40,025 bases of DNA from an uncultured Gemmatimonadota bacterium (GTDB lineage: Bacteria > GCA-2686955). The translations under genes were made by a program, and so were the position numbers. Below, piece after piece: positions 26,495 to 34,235 of the stretch. Location of the stretch: positions 1 to 40,025 of the forward strand of contig CAZBBK010000055.1 of NCBI GenBank assembly GCA_964490075.1, given 5' to 3'. The notes under the pieces were generated by a model. The model made no database searches and had not been told where the DNA came from. It was given only the letters and a program-made list of their open reading frames with translations. Numbering within the stretch: position 1 is the first letter of the stretch; every line of letters begins with the position of its first letter.

Positions 26495-28218
26495 ATTCGA
26501 TCGCGGGCGAAATCGGCCAGCCCGGAGCTCGAGATCACCCGGACTTCTCCGCCTTCAGCCGGCACCACCAGCACGCCCTCGCAGTCCGGCAGCGATTCGA
26601 GAAGCGCCAGCCCCCGTTCCGCTCCGAGCACGAAGCAGGCGGTGGCGGCGGCGTCGGCCAGGAGCGCCTCGTGCGCCACCACCGTCACGCCGAGGAGCCC
26701 TCGGCAGGGGCGGCCGTCGCGTGGATCGAGAATGTGGCCCCAGCTCTCACCCTCCGCCTGACGATTGCGCTCGTACTGGCCGGAAGTGGCGACCGCCCCC
26801 TCGCGCAGCACCAGTTCGCCGAGGGTCGTGCCGGGCCGGAGCGGATCGACGATGGCGACCAGCGGCTCGGGCCCCGCGCCGAAGAGGAGAAGCCCTCCGC
26901 CCAGGTCGAGCAGAGCGCCGGTCGCGCCGGCCTCGCGCATGGCCCGGGCCGCCAGATCGAGCGCGTACCCTTTGGCGATGCCGCCGAGATCGAGGCGCAC
27001 GCCGGCGGCGTGGAATCGCAGGGTGCGACGCAGGGGATCGAGCTCCACCCGCTGATGCCCGATCTTCTTCAGGGTCTCGCCCAGCGCCGAATCGGAAGGC
27101 ACCGCCACCGCTCCCTCAGCGCGAAAGCCCCACAACTCCACCAGAGGCAAGACCGTCGGATCGAAAGCCCCCTCGCTGCGCCGCGCCATCTCCAGGGCGG
27201 CGTTGATCACGGTGTAGGCATCGGTCGACAAGGGGACCGGGCGCTGGTGGGCCTGCGCGTTGATGCGCATGAGCTCGCTGTCGGGGCGCCAGGTGCTGAG
27301 CGTCGAGTCGACGTGCACGAAGGCGGCGAAGGCGGCGTGCACCGCGGCCTCGGCCGCGCTCTCGGTAGCCGCCCAGGCATGGACTCGGGCCAGGGTGCCC
27401 ATGATCAGGCGGGCTTCCTCGTGACTGGCCGCGCGCGACTCGTCTACCTGCTCAGCGGCAATCGCTCGGCAGTCGAGCGACACGCCGGCCAGCAGCAGCG
27501 CCAAGATTCCCACCACGCATGAGACCGAGCGTCTGCGCCTGCCCCTGTTGCGCAACCCGGCCAGCGCCAGACCGCTGAGCGTCAGCACCAGCAGCGCGAA
27601 GGCGCCCGCACTCACGATTGCGCGGCCCGTGTTGCCCAGCCAGTAGCCGGTGTGTAGCTCGTGGACCACTCGATGGAGATCTCGATCCGGGCGCCGGGAC
27701 GGCCAGGGCAGGTCGCTCCAGGTGTCGCCACCATCGCCGCTGCGCAGCACTCCGCCGGCGCTCAAGAGCGCGATCCGTCCCGCGGCGCCGACACTCAGAT
27801 CGAGCGGTTCCAGCCACGCCTCTGCCGGCGGCGGAGGCAAGACCACGGATTCCCAGATCCGTCCGGAGTCGTGCGACACGACCAGGCCGTCGGCGCCCAG
27901 CACGTAGACGGTGTTGGCATCGTCCGGCGCGAAGGCGATCCGCAACACTTCTCCGGGTGGACGCAGCATCGGCGTCTCGCGCCAGCTTCGACCGCGGTCG
28001 GTCGAGATTTCGATCCCGTAGCGGGTGCCGCGCAGCCAACGGTCGGCGTCGTTCGGATCGGCCGCGAACGCGCCCGGCGGATCGGCGGGCGGCCCCAGAA
28101 GATGCGGAAACTGCAACAGCAGTCCGGTGCCGGTGGCCCCCAGCACCAGGACCGCCGCCGCCACGCCGAGTGCGCGATGCAGACCCCCGATCGACGATTC
28201 CATGCGACTAATTTGCAA
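26491..28218 (-). CDS. apbE: PepSY-TM / BNR-repeat / ApbE (FAD:protein FMN transferase) fusion
   Basis: LHRALG...TGLLL, Asp-box repeats STDRGRSW/SHDSGRIW/SGDGGDTW, HELHTG..LSGL, then ApbE motifs MGT, FDPTV, DLGGIAKGY, ATSGQYER, HILDPRDG. Confidence 0.85.
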   Translation of the reverse strand: MQISRMESSIGGLHRALGVAAAVLVLGATGTGLLLQFPHLLGPPADPPGAFAADPNDADRWLRGTRYGIEISTDRGRSWRETPMLRPPGEVLRIAFAPDDANTVYVLGADGLVVSHDSGRIWESVVLPPPPAEAWLEPLDLSVGAAGRIALLSAGGVLRSGDGGDTWSDLPWPSRRPDRDLHRVVHELHTGYWLGNTGRAIVSAGAFALLVLTLSGLALAGLRNRGRRRRSVSCVVGILALLLAGVSLDCRAIAAEQVDESRAASHEEARLIMGTLARVHAWAATESAAEAAVHAAFAAFVHVDSTLSTWRPDSELMRINAQAHQRPVPLSTDAYTVINAALEMARRSEGAFDPTVLPLVELWGFRAEGAVAVPSDSALGETLKKIGHQRVELDPLRRTLRFHAAGVRLDLGGIAKGYALDLAARAMREAGATGALLDLGGGLLLFGAGPEPLVAIVDPLRPGTTLGELVLREGAVATSGQYERNRQAEGESWGHILDPRDGRPCRGLLGVTVVAHEALLADAAATACFVLGAERGLALLESLPDCEGVLVVPAEGGEVRVISSSGLADFARDRI

Positions 28219-28789
28219 TGCCGAACCTCGCCCGCGCCAGGTGCAGGACTCGCTTGACGCCGGCCGCCAGCGCCCGGCTCGACATGGTCGCGCCGCTCAG
28301 CACGACCAGATCGCGGTTGAGACGAATGGGATCGTCCACTTCCTTGCCCCGAAACTGCTTCACAAAACGCTTGCGCCGCACTCCGTCGCCGCGCGACTCG
28401 CGATAGACCATCACCTGCACGCTCTCGACCCGCCCGCGCGCGGAGACCTTCACCATGAAAGTGATCGGCTTGAAACGACCGATTTCCTCGGTCACCATGG
28501 CCACGCCGAGATCGCGCCCGCCGCGCCGACCCCGATGAAACTCGAAGGCGGGCTCGGGCAGCCGCCAGCCCAGCTCCGTCTCGAGCGCGCCGCGCCCGGC
28601 GGCGCTCGGGCTCCAGCGCTCCGTCCAAAGTGTGTCGGCACCCGGGAAGGCACGCTCCAGGGCCTGTTCGAGGCTCAGGTAGACCTTGACGTGCTCCGGC
28701 CCGTCCGGACTTTGGGTCAGGCGATCGGCCCGCGCCGAGCAGGGAACGACCAGCAGCAGCGCCAAGAGCGCGCAGCGGAGTCCGCTCAC
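28208..28789 (-). CDS. Periplasmic FMN-binding (flavinylation target) protein
   Basis: Signal peptide; PITFMV, VMVYRESRG, flavinylation motif VLSGATMSS; GTG start. Confidence 0.85.
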   Translation of the reverse strand: MSGLRCALLALLLVVPCSARADRLTQSPDGPEHVKVYLSLEQALERAFPGADTLWTERWSPSAAGRGALETELGWRLPEPAFEFHRGRRGGRDLGVAMVTEEIGRFKPITFMVKVSARGRVESVQVMVYRESRGDGVRRKRFVKQFRGKEVDDPIRLNRDLVVLSGATMSSRALAAGVKRVLHLARARFGIAN

Positions 28790-28790
28790 C

Positions 28791-29924
28791 TTAGAAATAC
28801 GTCGCGAACGAGAAGAAGAAGCGAGCATGCGCATCGCCGGCATCACCGTTGGCCGGAGTGGCGCGACCCAGATTGTAGTCGGCCTTGAACGCGGTCTCCT
28901 CGGTGGGCCGGAAGTTGATGCCGAAGGTCAGCCCTTCCTGACTGTCGCCGTCGGTGTCGGAGTCGAAATCGACCCAGTCTCCGCGGGCCACCAGGGTCAT
29001 TACCGAGCCGGGCATGAGCGCGTCGTGCAGAACGTGGTAGTTGGCCTGTGCGTAGGCACCGCGCTGGCTTTCGGCCGCGCCCGGATGGGCGTCGGCATCG
29101 ACGTCGGCCTGCACCGATGCAACCTCGCCCTGCAGCTCGAAGGGTCCCAGGGCGGTCTTGGCGTCGAAGGCGGCGATCGTCACCCGATGCTCGTCGTCAG
29201 CGTCGTAGTTCCCGCTGTGGACGGAAGCGCCAAGGGTGGTGCCGACGGCGGGGCTGAGCCCGAGGTGACCGACCAGCGCCTTGTTGCGGTTGTTGTCGGA
29301 TTTCTGGCTACCGCGCCCGCCGCGCACGCGCAACGCGCCGTCCTCGTTGATCAGTCCATCTTCGAAGCCGTTCACCAGGTAGGCCTCGTAGGAGACGATC
29401 CAGTCTTCGCCGAGGGCCGACTCGCCGAACAGACCCATGCCGGACTCCGAGAGGGTCGAGGGGATCAACTGGCGGGAGACCACGGGGCGCGCGGTCAGGT
29501 CGTTCAGCGGACTGTCGTGCAGCAGGTTGAACGATCCGAGTGGGCTCAGGATCACGCCTCCGCGGAAGCTGAGGGCGTCGGTGACTTCGAAGTCCATCAC
29601 CGCGTACTCCAGCTTCAGCTCGCCGTCGCCGCCGACGTTGCCGCCGTGCTCGTACTCGATCTCGGTCGACACGGTAACCCGCTCGGAGACATGGGCGGTG
29701 AGGAAGGGGATGAAACGGTGCTGGTCGAAGGTGTTGTCGCCCCCCTCGTTCCACTCGAATTCCATGTCCATATAGCCGCCCACCGACACCCCGCCGCTGT
29801 CGTCGCGCAAGTAGGGCTTGTCGTAGATACCGCCCGGCAATCCGGGGCGGGTGAGCGGAGAGGCCTGCGCCGCGGAGCTGGCCGCGATTCCGAGGGTGAG
29901 GAGGGTGATGGGCAGCTTGATCAT
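28791..29924 (-). CDS. Outer-membrane porin (OprO/OprP-like beta-barrel)
   Basis: Signal peptide; GGYMD, EIEYEHG, amphipathic strands, C-terminal FSFATYF; AGGAG RBS. Confidence 0.82.
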   Translation of the reverse strand: MIKLPITLLTLGIAASSAAQASPLTRPGLPGGIYDKPYLRDDSGGVSVGGYMDMEFEWNEGGDNTFDQHRFIPFLTAHVSERVTVSTEIEYEHGGNVGGDGELKLEYAVMDFEVTDALSFRGGVILSPLGSFNLLHDSPLNDLTARPVVSRQLIPSTLSESGMGLFGESALGEDWIVSYEAYLVNGFEDGLINEDGALRVRGGRGSQKSDNNRNKALVGHLGLSPAVGTTLGASVHSGNYDADDEHRVTIAAFDAKTALGPFELQGEVASVQADVDADAHPGAAESQRGAYAQANYHVLHDALMPGSVMTLVARGDWVDFDSDTDGDSQEGLTFGINFRPTEETAFKADYNLGRATPANGDAGDAHARFFFSFATYF

Positions 29925-30027
29925 GAGGTTCTCCTGAGCGTCTCGCTCCTGCGAAGGGCAACGCTTCTCGTGTTGCGCGCTCGAATCGAGCTCGGGGCCC
30001 GGATCCTCCGGGCCGTGTCAGGTGAGA

Positions 30028-30061
30028 GAGATATCTCAGTCTGTTAGAGGTGTCAACCTAA
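30028..30061 (-). promoter_or_regulatory. Sigma70-type promoter for the porin operon overlapped by palindromes
   Basis: Minus strand TTGACA-17 bp-TATCTC; palindromes GAGATATCTC (30028-30037) and TTAG-N10-CTAA (30044-30061). Confidence 0.45.
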
Positions 30062-30195
30062 ATCTGACCCGTCACCCAGGACTCCGCGGGCGGCAACCCA
30101 TCCATGGGCGCAGCGGCTTGCGCGGAAAGGGAATCGGTCCTTCGCTGGGAAATCGCGCGGCGCCGCCGCTCCACGACCCGCACAGGAATCCTCAA

Positions 30196-31272
30196 GTGCC
30201 TCGAAAATCGTTCGACCGGGCCGCGCTCGGCCTCCTCGTCCTGCTGGCGGCGAGCGATGCCCACGCCATTCCGCGCTACTCCATCCGCTACCGCCAGGAC
30301 TGCAACCTCTGCCACAAGAACCCCTCGGGCGGCGGCCAGCGCAGCGCCTACGCCGCGCAGTACCTGGTTCCGGCCGAGCTGGTGATGAGCCCGCGCGGCG
30401 CCAAGGAGCTGGAGAAGATCGACCCCCAGATCGGCGCCAACCTCAGCGTCGGCGCCGACCTACGCACCCAGCACATGACCGACCTGGCGGGAGAAGGGCT
30501 CCAGGACTTCTTCCTGATGCAGGCCGATCTCTACTTCACCTTCTCGGTGGACGGCCGCAACCTGCTCTACCTCGAGCGCGGGCTGCGCGAGGGCTACGAT
30601 CTCTACGGCCTCTCCTACACGCTGCCCATGGACGGCTACGTCAAGGTCGGCCGCTTCGCCCCGACCTACGGCTGGCGCTTCGCCGATCACAACCGCTTCG
30701 TGCGCAGCGAGCTGGGATTCTCCCCGCCGGCCCATACCGACGTCGGCGTCGAGTTGGGAATCGCGCCCGGCGAGACCACGCTGAGCCTGGCGCTGATGAA
30801 CGGGGCGCCCGGGTCGACGCTCGACGGGGACGGCGATCCGGCATTTGTAGGGCGCGCGGCGCGGCGGATGGAGCTCGGGACGATCGGCCTCAGCGCCGGC
30901 GCCTCGGTCATGCACACAGATGCCGGCGGCGCTCGGCGCACCGTGGCCGGTCCCTTCGGTGCCGTCCACTGGGGACGGTTGACCTGGATGGGGGAGCTCG
31001 ATGCGGCGCGCAGCGAGGTCGGCGGCGGCACTCTCACCGGAGTCGTCGCTACCCAGGAGCTGGCGCTCGCGTTGCGTCCCGGTCTCGACCTGGTCGGCGT
31101 CTACGATTTCCACGATGCCGACATCGATCTGAAGAGCGGCAAGGACACCGGATTCAGCGTCGGCCTCGAGGCCTTCCCGCAACCCTTCGTCAAGTTCTTG
31201 GCCCTGGTTCGGGGCTGGCAGGGGCCCAGCGACAATACCCAGGCGATTCTGCAGGCCCATTTCCTCTATTGA
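30196..31272 (+). CDS. Monoheme cytochrome c / outer-membrane beta-barrel fusion
   Basis: Signal peptide ending AHA-IP; CNLCH at the mature N-terminus; KVGRF, VGVELG and amphipathic strands; C-terminal QAHFLY. Confidence 0.78.
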   Translation: MPRKSFDRAALGLLVLLAASDAHAIPRYSIRYRQDCNLCHKNPSGGGQRSAYAAQYLVPAELVMSPRGAKELEKIDPQIGANLSVGADLRTQHMTDLAGEGLQDFFLMQADLYFTFSVDGRNLLYLERGLREGYDLYGLSYTLPMDGYVKVGRFAPTYGWRFADHNRFVRSELGFSPPAHTDVGVELGIAPGETTLSLALMNGAPGSTLDGDGDPAFVGRAARRMELGTIGLSAGASVMHTDAGGARRTVAGPFGAVHWGRLTWMGELDAARSEVGGGTLTGVVATQELALALRPGLDLVGVYDFHDADIDLKSGKDTGFSVGLEAFPQPFVKFLALVRGWQGPSDNTQAILQAHFLY

Positions 31273-31886
31273 TGATCCCATTGCCCGAAAGACTCAAGAT
31301 GAAAATGCGTTTGCTCCTGTCTCTGCTGGTTTCATTATCGACGCTCGCCGAGGCGTCGGCCCTGGAGCTGGTGGTGCGGCCCGGCGCCGAAGACAACCTG
31401 GTGGTGTTTCGGTCGGAAGCCCCGATGGAGTCGTTCGAGGGCAAGACCCGCGAGGTACGGGGTGAGATGTCGGTCGATCTGGGCGCTCTCGAAGGTCCCT
31501 TCCGCGCCCGTTTCGAGGTCGACCTGGCCAGCTTGGAGACCGGCAGCGGCATGCGCGACAAGCACATGCGCGAGAATCACTTGGAGACCGACGAGTTCCC
31601 CAGCGCGGTGTTCCGGGCGCGGGAGATCAGGGAAACGTCGAAGCCTGCACTGGAGGTCGGAGATACCGTCACATTCTTGGCCAAGGGCGAGTTCGATCTG
31701 CACGGCGTGACGCGCAAGATCGAGGTTCCGATCGAGGCAACGCGCGAGGACGAGGGCCAAGTTCGCATCAAGGCACAGTTCGGCGTGAGGCTGTCCGACC
31801 ATCGAATCGAGCGTCCCAAATTCCTCTTCATGAAGCTCGGTGAAGAGCAACAGGTGACCATCGACGTGCGGGCGGGTGTGAAGTGA
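31272..31886 (+). CDS. YceI family protein
   Basis: ESFEG, VDLASLETGSGMRDKHM, LETDEFP, LHGVTR, LSDHRIERP; signal peptide; start may be 31299/31305. Confidence 0.88.
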   Translation: MIPLPERLKMKMRLLLSLLVSLSTLAEASALELVVRPGAEDNLVVFRSEAPMESFEGKTREVRGEMSVDLGALEGPFRARFEVDLASLETGSGMRDKHMRENHLETDEFPSAVFRAREIRETSKPALEVGDTVTFLAKGEFDLHGVTRKIEVPIEATREDEGQVRIKAQFGVRLSDHRIERPKFLFMKLGEEQQVTIDVRAGVK

Positions 31887-31903
31887 AAGGGACGGAAGCG
31901 ACA

Positions 31904-32275
31904 ATGAAATCCCGAGTGGCGGCGGCAGCGCTGGCGCTGGCGATCAGCGCCTGCAGCGATCTTGGCAGCAACCCGGAGGATCCACCCGGTCCCGAGCCGG
32001 ATTCGACCTGGGACGATGGCATCGAGACTCTGCTCACCGGTCGCTGCGGCGCCTGCCACTCCGTGCCTCCGGCCAACGGGGCGCCGGGCGGCTTTCGACT
32101 CGACCGCTACGATCGCGCCGACGCCGGAGGCGGAATCGACGGCGCCTTCGAGAAGCGCAGCCGGATCCGTACCCGCGCGGTGGACGCCGGCTCGATGCCC
32201 CCGGGCGCTCCCCTGCCGGCCGCCGAGCGCGACGAGCTGGAAGCCTGGCTCGATGCCGGGGCGCCGCGCTCGTAG
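31904..32275 (+). CDS. Lipoprotein monoheme cytochrome c
   Basis: Lipobox ISAC; CGACH; distal Met motif SMPP; WLDAGAP. Confidence 0.82.
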   Translation: MKSRVAAAALALAISACSDLGSNPEDPPGPEPDSTWDDGIETLLTGRCGACHSVPPANGAPGGFRLDRYDRADAGGGIDGAFEKRSRIRTRAVDAGSMPPGAPLPAAERDELEAWLDAGAPRS

Positions 32276-32411
32276 GGATCGGACTGGGGAAGGGAAACCC
32301 CTCATCGAATCGTCAGCGGGGCCGACGACGATCCTCCGGTGATGTAGATTCCCCTGGATCGAACGGACCCGCGCACCGGGTCCGACCCGCCTACCGTCGA
32401 AAGGAGAACCG

Positions 32412-34235
32412 ATGAAGGGGTCCCCCCGCCGCCACGCCCACCGCGCACGACCGGTCGCCGCCCTGCTCGCCGCCTGCGGCCTTCTGATCTGCCTCGCCGG
32501 ATGCGCCTCGACGCCCCGCTACGGCGCCGCTCCAGGCGGCCGGCGTGCCCACGAGCGGCAGGTCGATCGGGACGATTCGGGGACGACCCACGAAGCGCGG
32601 CCTGGCGCGCCGGACACCTCTGTCGAGAGCAGCGCACCGCCCCCCGGCGAGGACGGCGCCTGGAGTGCTCCCCCGACTGCGGCCACGGAGAAGGGCATTC
32701 CGTCCCCTCAAAGCCTGCAGACCGAGGCGATCGAGGCCTGCGAATCGGCCGAGATCTTCCTGGACGAGGGCGAGCTCGACGATGCCATCGCGGCGCTCGA
32801 CCGCGCCTACCAGCTGGTGCTGACCATGCCGGAGAACGGCGATCCGGCCGCCGCCCAGACGCGCGCCGACATCCGCAGAATCGTCGCCGAGAAGCTGATC
32901 GATATCTACGCCTCGCAGCGCACCGCGGCCGGCGCGCCGCGCACCTCGTGGGACCTGGAGATCCAGCTCGTTGCCAACGATCATGTGCAACGCGAGATCA
33001 AGTCGTTCCAGACCTCCGAGCGCAACTTCTTCCTCGATTCCTACCGGCGCTCCGGACGCTTCCGCCCGATGATCCTCGCCAAGCTCCAGGAGGCCGGACT
33101 GCCGAGCCAGCTCAGCTGGCTGCCGCTGATCGAGAGCGGCTACAAGGTCCACGCCTATTCGCGGGCCAAGGCGCTGGGCCTGTGGCAGTTCATCCTCTCC
33201 ACGGGGCGCCGCTACGGCCTCACACGCGACGCCTGGACCGATCAGCGCATGGATCCCGAGCGCTCGACCGACGCGGCGATCGCCTATCTCGGCGAGCTGC
33301 ACGACCTGTTCGGGGACTGGCCGCAAGCGCTGGCCGGCTACAACTGCGGCGAGAATCGGGTGCTGCGTCTCGATCGCCAACGCAGCGATCAGGATCTCGA
33401 CTTCTGGGACCTCTACGCGCAGCTTCCACGCGAGACCCGGCGTTACGTCCCGCGCTTCTTCGCCACGCTGCTGATCCTCGAAGACCCCGAGGCGTACGGG
33501 ATCCAGCTACCCGCGCCCGACGATCCGCTGCCCGATCCCGCCCTGATCACCACGCACAAGCAGTACCAGCTCGAGGCGATCGAAAAGCGTGTCGACCTGC
33601 CCTCGGGGCTGCTCGGCACCTACAATCCGGTGCTGCGCCACGGAATCACTCCAAAGGACGAGTTCTTGTTGCGGGTTCCGCCAGAGCAGCATGCCGGCGT
33701 GCGCGACTGCCTGCGCGAGATGCCGGAGTACACTCCCCCCGAGCCGGAGTTCGTGGTTCACCGAGTGCGGCGCGGTCAAACCCTGTCCACCATCGCCGCC
33801 AAGTACGGTGTCTCCATCTCGACCATCGCGCGCGCCAACGACATCCGCAATGTCAACCGCATCTACCCGGGCCGACGCATCAAGATTCCGCTGCGCGCCT
33901 CGGCTGCATCAGCCCGTCGCAGAAGCTCGGGCGAGCCGGTGTTTCACGTCGTCCGCAGGGGCGATACCCTTTGGGACATCGCCAAGATGTACCGCACCAG
34001 CGTCAACACGATCAAGCGCGAGAACGCCTTGCGCAGCTCGCGCATCAATCCCGGCCAGAAGCTCCGGGTCTCACCCGGAAGCAGGCAGGGTTCACGAGTC
34101 CACGTGGTGCGCCGCGGAGACACCCTGAGCGCCATCGCGGAATCGTACGGCGTCGGCCTGCGGGCGCTGCTACGCATCAACGGCTTGAGCAGCCGCAGCA
34201 CGATCTACCCGAATCAGCGGATCGTCGTCCCCTAG
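32412..34235 (+). CDS. mltD: Membrane-bound lytic murein transglycosylase D-like (SLT plus 3 LysM)
   Basis: Lipobox LAGC; IESGY, GLWQF, AGYNCGE, ETRRYV; three LysM repeats (HxVRRG(Q/D)TL..IA). Confidence 0.88.
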   Translation: MKGSPRRHAHRARPVAALLAACGLLICLAGCASTPRYGAAPGGRRAHERQVDRDDSGTTHEARPGAPDTSVESSAPPPGEDGAWSAPPTAATEKGIPSPQSLQTEAIEACESAEIFLDEGELDDAIAALDRAYQLVLTMPENGDPAAAQTRADIRRIVAEKLIDIYASQRTAAGAPRTSWDLEIQLVANDHVQREIKSFQTSERNFFLDSYRRSGRFRPMILAKLQEAGLPSQLSWLPLIESGYKVHAYSRAKALGLWQFILSTGRRYGLTRDAWTDQRMDPERSTDAAIAYLGELHDLFGDWPQALAGYNCGENRVLRLDRQRSDQDLDFWDLYAQLPRETRRYVPRFFATLLILEDPEAYGIQLPAPDDPLPDPALITTHKQYQLEAIEKRVDLPSGLLGTYNPVLRHGITPKDEFLLRVPPEQHAGVRDCLREMPEYTPPEPEFVVHRVRRGQTLSTIAAKYGVSISTIARANDIRNVNRIYPGRRIKIPLRASAASARRRSSGEPVFHVVRRGDTLWDIAKMYRTSVNTIKRENALRSSRINPGQKLRVSPGSRQGSRVHVVRRGDTLSAIAESYGVGLRALLRINGLSSRSTIYPNQRIVVP

